64,000 nt of DNA, taken from Eledone cirrhosa (taxonomy: Eukaryota). Position 1 is the stretch's first letter; every line of letters starts with the position of its first letter. The position numbers and the translations under genes are program-made. Positions 38,191 through 53,919 of this stretch are shown here, in pieces. The notes below the pieces were generated by a model that saw nothing but the letters and a program-made list of their open reading frames with translations, was not told where the DNA came from and searched no databases. Location of the stretch: contig OZ024744.1 in the NCBI GenBank assembly GCA_964016885.1, forward strand, positions 107,818,001 to 107,882,000, given 5' to 3'.

Positions 38191-39550
38191 ATCATCATTC
38201 ATCATCATCATATTCATTTTACGCCCGCTCTTCCCTGCTCGCAAGGGTGGGACGGGTCTTATTCAGCACAGCATCTCTCCACTTGTCACGGTCCTTCGTC
38301 ATCTACACCGTGAGCTTCAACGATCTGAGGTCTGTTCTCACCACTTCCACCCATGTTTTTTTTTGTGGTCTACCTCTACCACGTCTTCCTTCAACTGGCA
38401 ATTCCTGGCACTTCTTCACCCATCGGTCATCCTCCATGCGCATCACATGTCCATACCACCTCAGTCTCCTCTCCCGCACACTACATTCTATCCCTCTCAG
38501 ACACAGTTTCTCTCTCAACACATTCATGCTGGGTCGTTCACGCACATTGACACTGCACATCCAACGGAGCATGCTTGCCTCATTTCTCTCCAGCTGTCGC
38601 ATATCCTCTGCAGTTGCTGCCCATGTCTCACTACCATGCAGCATCGCGCTCCTCACACAGGCATCATTCAACCGGCCTTTCGTACACAGGGAGAAACCAT
38701 TCTTCGTCAGCAGAGGAAGCAGCTCCCAAAACTTCTTCCAACCGGTCTTTATTCTAGATACTATGGCCTCAGAACACCCTCCTCCCATGCTAATCTGATC
38801 TCCTAGGTACCGGAAGCTATCCACCACTTCTATAGCACCCTCCTGCATTTGAAAAATGTGTTTATCAATGCGACTTCTGTCTAATTTCCCTGTACATCTA
38901 CTGCATACATATTTCTCCCTACCTGTTAGTTTGCCTGCTATCCCGCTACATCTCTTGTGTACCCAGGATCTGCATTGTGTGCATTTTATAGAATTTATGC
39001 TAGTTCCTTTTCTGCATATCGAACATGGTCATTTCCCTGACGGAATCAGAGTTTTGTCCTCTTTACTCATCAACAATTTTGTCTTAGCTAGATTTACTCT
39101 CAGTCCTCTTGCTTCCAACTGCTGTTTCCATAGCCGGAATTTATTCTCTAGCTCCTCTACTGATTCTGCTATAAGAACTAGATTGTCAGCATAGAGAAGT
39201 TCCCATGGACAGCCAGTCTTAAACTCCTCTGTTATGGCTTGGAGGACTTTAATGAACAAGAGCGGGCTGAGGACCGAACCTTGATGTACTTCTACTTGTA
39301 TCTGAAATTCCTCACTAAACTCCATTCCTACCCTGACTTTACTGAGAGTACCTCTGTACAAAGTTTCCACTGTCCTCACAAACCATTCCTCAACACCTAG
39401 TTTCCTTAGGGACCACCAGATGACAGATCGGGGTACCCTATCAAAGGCCTTCTCTAGGTCAACAAAGGCTAAGTATAGTGGCTTATTTTTCTCTAAGAAC
39501 CTCTCTTGCAATTGTGTCACCAAGAAGAGGGCATCTGTTGTACTCTTCCC
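38188..39550 (-). mobile_element. 5'-truncated PHD-RT RTE LINE (sister subfamily, short 3' UTR)
   Basis: GKSTTDALF, FVDLEKAFDRV, LYADN, PHD cysteines, [14 protein letters not shown]. Confidence 0.92.
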
Positions 39551-39935
39551 TATGAAAGAGTACTGGTGGAATGTTCCAGTAAAAACCCCAATAAAATGCA
39601 GGCATAACAGACCAGATATTATGATATGGGACAGGGAGAAGAAAGCATGCACAGTAGTGGAAGTTAGCTGTCCAGCAGATGCCAATATTAATATTAATGA
39701 TTAGTGAAAAGGAGAATATTTATGCAGAATTAATGAGAAATCAGTAGATATTCACCCTGACTATACCTTCAGATTTATACCAGTGATTATTGGGCCTGGG
39801 GTATGTTAGTAACTGCCTCAATACAAATCTTGAGAAGCTGGACTTCACAGGAACAGAAAGCACACAACTAGTTAGGAAATTACAAGTACAATCCAGTAAA
39901 AATATGTAAAACATTCCAAAAATTTTGCATCTAAT
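39551..39935 (+). mobile_element. C-terminal restriction-like endonuclease fragment of an R4/Dong-type non-LTR element
   Basis: YWWNVPV...HNRPDIMIWDREKKACTVVEVSCPAD.N...EK..Y..L...PVIIG (PD-(D/E)xK-type RLE). Confidence 0.8.
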
Positions 39936-40224
39936 TACTGCATATACACATGTACAGATACTAAGCATATACACATGCACACATACAACACATACACATC
40001 CACACATACAATAACATCCATATCTACACATGCATGCAGACATGCATACATATCTACCTAAATTCAAATGAGATAGTCTTGTGTCTATGTTAGAAAGCAA
40101 CTCTCTATTGGCAAAAATTTGCGAAATTATAAAACCAGAACATACATACAGATATATATACATATATACATACATATATATAAATATATATATATATACA
40201 TATATATAAATATATATATATTGA

Positions 40225-40565
40225 TGGAGGCACATGGCTAGTGGTTAGAGCATTGGCCTTTGCAATCGAAAGGTTGTGAGTTCAATTCTCAGACCGGGTG
40301 ATGTGTTGTTTCCTTGAGCAAGACACTTTATTTCACATTGCTCCAGTTTACTCAGCTGTAGAAATGAGATGATGGAGACTGGGGTCCCTATCATTCACTG
40401 CAAAATGGTCGTGTAGGTGCCACGGCAAAAACCACCCAGCACTCACTGTAAATGAGGTTGGTGTTAGGAAGGGCATCCAGCTGTAGAAATCAAGCCAGAA
40501 TCAGTTCCCGTCCCACCCTTGCTAGCAGGGAAAAGTGGACGTAAAATGATGATGATGATGATGAT
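40225..40565 (+). mobile_element. Full-length tRNA-head SINE with RTE-related tail
   Basis: A box TGGCTAGTGG, B box GAGTTCAATTCTC, central TTGAGCAAGACACTTTA, (GAT)n tail. Confidence 0.88.
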
Positions 40566-40910
40566 ATATATACATATATATATATACATATATATATATA
40601 TACATATACATATATACATATACATATACATATATATATACATATATATATATACATATATATATATACATATATATATTATACATAATATAAGATCAAA
40701 AGATGGTTAAAGGAGTTCCATGTATTTTATTATGCGCATTTCAAAAACAAACATCATCATGCAATAATATTTGTGTTTTCATCAGATAAAACAGGAGAAC
40801 ATGATATGAAGGCTAAAAAACACTTGTGGATAGTGCAGTTTTAAATCAACATATGAAAAGTGGTTTTAGATCGATGTGTGATATTGGGAAAAATATTTTA
40901 TTTAGAGAGG

Positions 40911-40911
<1 letters not shown>

Positions 40912-40963
<52 letters not shown>
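40912..40963 (+). repeat. ~50-nt poly-G tract inside a locally duplicated purine-rich segment
   Basis: Direct reading; 40888-41035 is echoed at 41140-41245. Confidence 0.85.
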
Positions 40964-40965
<2 letters not shown>

Positions 40966-41239
40966 GGGGGGATGGATAGGGAAGGAAATGAGAGGGAGAG
41001 ATGGGTGATAGAGAGAAAGGAGATAGTTTTTATAACTGAGAAGGAGATATAATGTTTTACATAGAGAGGTTGAAAACCGTTGGAAGATTATGTATAAATT
41101 AAAAATTTTGAAAATTAACGAAGGTGAGGGTATGTGCGAGGAAAAAATATTTTCTTTAGGGAGGGGGGGTGAAAAAAAGGGGGAGGAGATGAGAGTGAGG
41201 TGGAGAGGGAGAGATGGGTGATAGAGAGAAAGAGATAGT

Positions 41240-46005
<4,766 letters not shown>

Positions 46006-46750
46006 ATAGTCCGCAACTACCTGTTGAAACGGTGAGAGCTGAGTCGTCGGGGTGCTGACTCTATATATATACATAATTGTCTCTACCTTTGGCCCAAGGC
46101 CAGCAATCACCTAGTGCATTACTGGTACTTTATTTTATCGATCCCGTAAGGATGAAAGGCAAAGTTAACCTCGGCGATAATATATGTAAATAAGAACGTT
46201 ATCGCTCCAATCAGTCGACAAACACTCAATAAACACCCTATACAGAACGCCAACCTGCACTCAAACCAAATTCAGATGATGGAATAGAATTCTTAAAACA
46301 ATTGTTTCAATACACCAGTCCAGTCATACTAATGCCAGGTCAATATAATAAAAGAAATTTAAAAAGAAAGAGGTTTATATATATATACATATATATATAT
46401 ATAATACTAATATACTATATATATTATTATCATCGTTTCACATCCATTTTTCCAGGCTTTCGGATCGTCGTGTTATGGAACAAGTCAGATCAGATGACCA
46501 CATCTTGCGCATACAAAACTGTATTTTGGCTGAATTTCTACAGCTGGATGCTCTTCCTAACGCCAACCACGTTACTATGTGTACTGGGTGCTTTTTGTCG
46601 TGGTACCAAAACGATTATATATATATAAATATATCTATAAGGTACATACGGAAGTTATGCAACCTTTGATTACATGATCATAATTACTGTTCCTCGGGTC
46701 CTTTAATTACGAGCCTGTTTACAAAATATATGAACGTGTGTACAAATCAT

Positions 46751-46786
<36 letters not shown>

Positions 46787-47149
46787 TACACATAATCATA
46801 ATTTATTATAAGTACAGATTAAAGTCTAAGCAAAGAATCGCTGCTTTCACCCTTTATGGGATCTTCTGAAACTATATATGTTTTATATTATATATATATA
46901 TATGTATTATATTATATATACAGGCTTTGTTTTTAAGACAACGTCGAAAAAAAAAATAGTACCCCCTAATGAATTTTCAAACATTGTTAATATAATTTGC
47001 ACAATAATAGTGTGTATTTCGAAGATTAATACACTTATATATAGTCAAAATATAAATGAATATAAAATGACATTTTTTCAAACAAAATGAAAAAGGGAAT
47101 GAACCTATCTGCATCTTCTAGCTATAGCGTAAATTTTCTCAAGACAATA

Positions 47150-49600
47150 AGCTGTGGTGAATTTAAATAATTTTTATATTCAAACAAATAAAGCAATAAT
47201 TGAATATATATTTTAAAATATACTTATTATAGGAATGAAATGCGTAGAAATTTGTAAAAAAAAAATATAAAATATAAAGAAACGGGGTATTTTTGGCAGA
47301 GAAACTGACAAAAAAAACCCTCAGCTAAGGTAAGTCAACAAATAATGAAACCAGACAGAGTTTACAAAATGCTATGTTTAAACGATAATTTTACGAAATA
47401 ATTGTCTATATAAGTTAAAGATTATTATTACATTCGAGAAATTTTGTAGAAATGTGCAAGAAAGACGATAAAATATGAGGTATACGACATTTTTGAGAAT
47501 GTTTGCTATATCTCAGCCAAAAATGAGACAAGCTTATACAAATTCAGATAATTTGTTATCATTAAAACAATTTACTAAATAATTGTTTATATTTTAACGA
47601 TGATTATATACAAGAAATCTTGTAAATAAATTTGACAATATAGCTAAAAAACATTCTATCCAAAATGACAAAGAAATTGCTGCATATGAGACGAAATCGA
47701 AGCAATAGGTGAGACAAATTTAAATTATTTTTTATAAGAATACGATAATTTACGCAATAATTGTGTATATAGTTTAAAGATTGATGCAAAATATGCAGCA
47801 ATAAGATAAAGGAGAATGAGATGGCATAGGGCAATTTAGAGACAATTTTCACAATAATTTACAAAATAGTTGTGTCAATAGGATTAATTATTATAGAAGT
47901 GTAATATGTTGAAATGTGAGAAATACAATTATATACTAAAATATATTTTTCCATACAAAATGAGAGCTTGCTACATAGGAAACGAAATTGATGACTATAT
48001 AGGTGAGACTAAATTTAAAATACATTCGTATAAAACGAAAAGTTAAGCATTTGTATATATATAATTTCAGAATTATTATATTCGAGAAACATAAGAAAAA
48101 TGATAAGCGAGATACATTTTTTAGAGAAAACGGGAAAAAGATAACCCTAGACAAATTTAGATATGTTTATATTAAAACAATAATTTACTAAATAAATGTG
48201 TATATATTTTAAATATCAATTATTACAGAAGTGTAAAATCTAGAAATCTGTATAAAATATATAAAATATTAAACAAAATACATTGTTTCAAGACAAAATG
48301 ATGAAGGAAATTGTTATATAGGAAACGAAAGCAGTAGATGATGGTATCTTCTATATTAAAACGATAACTTAAACAATAATTGTGTTTATAAGTTAAAGAT
48401 TATTGACGTGAGATATATAGAAATTTGTAAGGAAAATTCAATAAAATACGAGCAAAACAGGACATTTTTAGCAGACAAACCGACAAGCAAAACAAAATGC
48501 CCGCAACTAAGACGAAACCAAAAAATGGGACTGGCCTAGATAGATTTAGAAAATTTTCATATTTAAACGATAAATTGTTACATAACTGTGTATATATTTT
48601 AAATACGAATTATTATAGAAGAGAAATATCTAGACATGTGTAAGCAATCTGATAAAATATAGTTAAATACATTATTTTATACAAAATAACAAACGTTGCT
48701 TCATAGGAACGAAATGGATTGGGCGAGATTAAATCTAAAATATTTATATAAAAACGATAATTTACGCAATAATTGTGTATATATTTTAAAGATTAATAAT
48801 TATCGATGAGAAATTATGTAGAAATTAGTACCAAAATTATAATATATATATACATATGAAACATGAGCAAAACAGGACAAACCGACAAAAAAAGAAATGC
48901 CTGCAACTAAGGCAAAAATAGAGGTGATAATAGCATAGCCGAATTTAGAACAATTTCATATTTAAATGATATATGTAAGTTAAAGATTAATTATTATATT
49001 CAAGAAATTGTGTATAAATGTGTAAGAACGTGATATGTGATTAGATATATGACATTTTTTTCAGAGAAGATAGAAATTAATTTGCCATATCTGAATAAAA
49101 AAAAAAACAATACAAGCCTAGACAATGAGATAATTATTATATGCAGATAATAATTTACTAAATAATTAGGTATACATTTTAAAGATGAATTATAATAGAC
49201 AGCTAAAATACACGACATTTTTTAAAACAAAATGACAAAGAGGTTGTGCTACAACGAAGAAGAAAGCGAATGCAATAAGTAAAATTTAATTTTAAATCTT
49301 ATAGATAAAAACGATCATTTAAGTGATAATCATGAGTATAAAATAAAGATAAATTATCGTAGATGTGAACTATGTTAGAAATGATAATAAAATATAAGGA
49401 AAACAGGACATTTTTTAAAGATAAAACTACGAAGAAATGGCAACATCGTACTCGAAAACGGGCACACAGATCATACAAAATTAAAAATATTTTTATATAA
49501 AAACGATAAGTTGCGCAATAATCGTATACTTGAATCAAAGATAAATTATCGTAGATGATAAATATAGAGATTTTTTGGAGAAATAAGACAAAATACGAAA
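47150..49600. repeat. Degenerate ~180-200-bp tandem array, about 13 units
   Basis: AAAACGATAATTTAC.CAATAATTGTGTATAT..TTAAAGAT-like block recurs at ~47380, 47565, 47740, 48175, 48358, 48565, 48750, 49145, 49308, 49499. Confidence 0.7.
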
Positions 49601-49623
49601 GATGTATGAGGAAATAGGAGCAC

Positions 49624-49675
49624 CTGTGAGGTTTAAAAATCTGTCTTCGTGTGTTTTTTCCCAAGTTTCGGCCAT
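49624..49675 (-). CDS. Possible first coding exon of domino (MAETWEKTHEDRFLNLT)
   Basis: aaATGG context; ends phase 1 in G, which completes GAA with the 29679 exon; donor gtgctc is weak. Confidence 0.3.
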
Positions 49676-50182
49676 TTGCAAATAATGGCGACTGCTACTA
49701 TTACTAGGATGAGGGGGATAGTAGTAGTAAAGAATATAATTGGAGGGAGTAGTGGAGGTAATTGTATCACGGTGACGGGGATGTAGTAATTATATTGTAT
49801 TGTTGATGGTGGTGACGGGGGGATAGAAAAGTAATATCTATAGACAAAGGGAAGCGGTGGCGGGGACAGCAGTAGTAGTATTAATAGTAGTAGTGATGAA
49901 GGGGAGATAATTGTATTGTAGCTATGAGGGAGGTGGCGTTGGAAAGGAAGTAGTTACAGTAAGGGTAGCGGGAGTGATGATTGATAGCATAGATTCCAGA
50001 GGTGGTGTTGATGATGAGAAAATGAGTGAGAGCGGCGATAGTGATGAAGGGAGATAATTGCATTGTAGTGATGAAGGGTGGTAATGATGATGGTGTCGGA
50101 AAAAGGGAATAGTTTTGTATTGTTGGGAGGATGTATTTTGCTATTGTAGTAGTGAAGGTGATACACACACAAACACTGATTT

Positions 50183-50580
50183 CAGTGGGAAAGGATTTTT
50201 TTCGTCAGTTTATCCGTATGCTATTAATTAAACTTACCTCCTAATATGCTGCAAAGGATTCTCTTCTTCGGAAAACGGAGGGGTACCCTCGAACTTCTCA
50301 CCCATTTTTCCCTCGGTTTTTTTCATGTGCTACCAACTAATTTTACCTCCGAACATGCTGAAAAGGACTTTCTTTACCCGGAAAACGGAGGGGAACCCTT
50401 CCGGAGTTTTCTTTACACCCCCCTCCCTAATCCTGAACCCGGGTGAGGAGAGGGGAAAGTGTGGGAACTCCCTTCCCGCCCCCCTCTTTTTGCGAGGAAA
50501 AGGTCCTTTGCGCCATGTTTGGAGGTAACGTTAGTTAGTAGCACACGAAAAAAAAACGAATAAAAAATGATTTCACACTG
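50183..50580. repeat. Foldback element made of three ~110-bp modules (two direct, one inverted)
   Basis: Ends CAGTGGGAAA and TTTCACACTG; TTACCTCC.AA.ATGCTG.AAAGGA module at 50234 and 50343, inverted at 50481-50528. Confidence 0.7.
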
Positions 50581-51109
50581 AATTCCATGGGGTTATCTTT
50601 CTATAATAATACCGGCATAGATTGTAAGAAAGATGATGTTAGTGGTGGTGGTGACATAGTGTCTGTATTGTATTGATCATTGTGAGGGCAGTTTTGGAGA
50701 AGTTATAGTAAATGATGGTGGTGGTGGTGTAGAGTTTCTATTTTAACAGTGATGGTGGCGTTGGGAAAGTTATAATAGACAAGGGGGAGGGGGTGCAATA
50801 ATGGTTTCTAATTTTGGCACAAAATCAATAATTGGGAGGTGTGGAATCGATTATATCAACCCCAGTGCTTGACTGCTACTTTATTTTATCGACCCAGAAA
50901 GGATTTGAACTTCAGCAGGATTTGGACTCAGAATACAAAGAGATAGAATAAATGCCGCCAAGCATTCTATCCTTCTATCCAACACCCTTAGTGGTGGGTG
51001 CTGTTGGTTGTACTAATTATGGTGGTGATAGTGGTATTAGTACTAGAGTAGTGATAGTGGTGGTTGTTGTAGTGATAATGTTAGTGATTCTCCTGAAGAT
51101 GAGGGTGGA

Positions 51110-52030
51110 AGTTCATTTTATCATGGTCCCAGCATTCATGGGGTTTTTGGTCATTGCGTCTACTCCCTATGGGGTTGCAGGAAAGGATATTTCTCCTCTC
51201 CTGGTCCATTTTGCCTTCTCTTCATCTTAGACATCATCTCACTCTACATCATCCCTCACAATGACGGTGTCCGTGCTCTCCAGCACTTTCTAGATTTATC
51301 CCTCACCCCAGTACTTCCACTCTTCTCTGCCTTGCTGAGTTCGTTCCCACACTGAACTGCTTTTCTTTTTCCAGGGAATTCTACCAGCAGGTCACTAGGG
51401 TAGCCATGGGAACCAGATTAGTACCAAACTTTGTCAATTTATTTGTTGGTTATGCTGAGGCCTAAATCTTCTCCCAATACATTGGACCAATCCTGTAGCT
51501 GTTATATTGTTTACTTTATCAGTGCCACATCTCTCCCTCATGAACAGCTTCACTGACATATCCTTCTTTGCTTACAAACTCTCCTTTCTAATCCTGTCAT
51601 TTCATGCTTCTTTCCCAACCCACCCATAATCATTGTGACCTTATCCATAGTTCTTTCCCCTCCTCACCTAGGACTCTACCTGGCTCTCTTCCTTGCTCCT
51701 GCTCCACTGTCATACCTGTCCATTCCTTGCCAACCACACCATCCTCGCACATTCCTTCTGCATCCATCACTCTTTCACTTGTACCTCCACCAACGTCACC
51801 TATGCCCTTTGGTGTTTGTTCTGCAGGTCCATCTACATCAAACAAATAAGCTGCCACTTCATCGACTGGTTTGCAGAGCACCTGAAGGACATACAACTTG
51901 GCTTCAACACCCCTAGTGCCCATCTCTTCTGTTCCCCCAACCAACACCTCTGTTTCAATGAACCATAAACCTCTCAATCAGAACTGGGCAAGAATTGATA
52001 TTTTCACTTGTAACCACCATTCTGAGTGGT
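51110..52030 (+). mobile_element. Decayed Penelope-like element (Neptune-type RT plus GIY-YIG)
   Basis: VAMGTRLVPNFVNLFVGYAE; CHTCPF...SFTCTSTNVTYALWCLFCRSIYIKQ...FAEHLKDI. Confidence 0.78.
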
Positions 52031-52959
52031 CTTAATTTACCACCATAGTTTCACTAACCTCCATATAGTTTTACACACACGTGCACACACATACATGTGC
52101 CCAACTTCTACACACATGTCATTCACACAACACCATTATATACTATCCAACACACATGCACACAAAACATTCGCCCACATGTGGATATCCTCCCCCATTG
52201 CACCAATCTACCCCACAACACACAAAATTTAGCCTTCTGTGCACACAAATACATGCTTACACATACACATACAAATGTAAATATACATACATACCTTCCC
52301 ACTGTCACTCCACACACCCCTTATACTTCTCCTATCTTTGGTTTCTCCCCATAGTGTGCATATATGTGTATTTACATGGACATATGCATATGTATGCTTA
52401 TGGGTGTTTGCTGCAGGCATTACTACAGGGATTTCATGTATTCATACACTAATTATACACATAAACACATCAGGTGTTCATGTGGGGTTGTGTTTGCGTA
52501 AGGCCAGTGCTAAGACCATCTTGGTGTTGGATTAAAATGTTTCACTGCATTCATTCCAGCTTCACTTCATATTCTGTGTCTATTCCTCTGGACATCTGCA
52601 GTGATGTTCTCTGTCATAGTACTGTACCTGATTGGTGACTGTACTGTCATAGTACTGTACCTGATGCCTTGCTGTAATCTTATGCTCCCCTAGACCATAC
52701 CCGTGACATAGGAAGTGACAGCTTGCATGCATGTGCTACTGTTGTTCTCCCTCTCTACCACATAAGGAATGCCTGTACTTGTGTGTGTACGCATATGTAC
52801 ATATAGAATGTTAACCAAGCTTATATGTATACATGTCATATACACACATACACAAGCATATCATTTTCTGTTTATCCCTATGCTCAAGCATGCCCTGCTC
52901 AGACATAGACCCTTCAGTTACAGTCTGATGTAACAGTCAACTTTCAAATACACACACAA

Positions 52960-53600
52960 AAAAAAATGAATTTTTTTCTACCTCCTTCATGCTTATCTCC
53001 CCTTAACGACTCTTCAGTAGATGAGTTATTCTAACATATTCACTTTCCAGAATAGGTGTTTAACTACAACATGTGCTGTTTCTCCTCTCTAACTGTTCCT
53101 CCTGCTTTCTTTCTTTTCTTACTCTGATCTACTTTCTGATGAAGGACTGACGTACAAAAGGTTGATACTTTTCTTACTATATCAAGCATTAAACTAATAT
53201 ATATCATCTTTGTATTGTACTGTTCTCCTGTGTTTTTCCATGATGACTTTATATATATATATATAATTTAACTTCTGCAGTTTCTGTCTGCCAAATTTCT
53301 CTCACAAAGCATTGAGTAACATCAGGCTACAGTAGAAAACACTTGTCCAAGGACTCCATAGTGGGACTGAACCCAGAACTTCATGGTTGTGAACTGAGCT
53401 CCTTAACTACACACTCACACCTGTGCTATATATATATATATGTGAGTGTGTGTGTGTGTGTGTGTAAAAGATAAACAGAAATAATAAAAATAACAAAACA
53501 AACAACACAGTACATGGAAGAAATATATTAGTTTAACGCTTGAACTAGCAATAACATTTTGGACACTAGTCCTTCATCAAAAGATAGAGTTAGAAATAGA
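52960..53600. mobile_element. Two facing PLE terminal-repeat fragments with decayed hammerhead cores
   Basis: CTGATGAAGGAC at 53136 (+); reverse complement TGATGAAGGAC-TAGT-GTCCAAAAT at 53556-53580 (-); both followed by TCAAGC.TTAAACTAATAT. Confidence 0.5.
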
Positions 53601-53919
53601 AGATAAATAGAAAGTTATGAGTCATAAGAGGAAAAAATTAAAAAAAGCGGGAGATAATAAAAACACGTGTGTAATGAGTCATCCATCTTGATATATATAT
53701 ATTTCAATAAAAATAGAAGGCCGAATTCATATATTATAATCCAACCTATTTTTATGGAGGTATTTAACTCTGTTCTTGCACCAAACATGAAATACTACCT
53801 CTTTAATGGATTATACACATAACATTGAGTACTTTTGTTTATACCATCATGATCTGCTAATTGGAATAACTAGATCTACCTATTAGTTAAACCATCCAAT
53901 ATAAACAGATGATATACAT

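Larger units (their letters stand above)
49620..50600. promoter_or_regulatory. Probable promoter/TSS region of domino, possibly bidirectional
   Basis: Compositional switch at ~49620, CpG retention, back-to-back YY1-like GCCATTT and AATGGCG (49671-49690), E2F-like TTCCCGCC (50473-50480), CGGAA motifs. Confidence 0.5.

Noticed and set aside
33712-38806. Very long ORFs of 240-842 aa rich in Y/I/H/T/M/C/V
   Set aside because: Translations of TA/CA microsatellites that lack stops by composition; open in several frames on both strands
39029-39685. 218-aa ORF with a novel N-terminus on RT
   Set aside because: N-terminus is antisense of the adjacent RLE fragment
40225-40300. tRNA gene
   Set aside because: Continues into SINE body and tail; a second copy is at 18310-18650
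40912-40963. Functional G-quadruplex
   Set aside because: Pure homopolymer near a gap; length is unreliable and nothing supports function
50238-50516. Confident first exon of domino with ATG at 50516
   Set aside because: That frame stops after about 29 codons and the donor is part of a repeated module; kept only as a hypothesis
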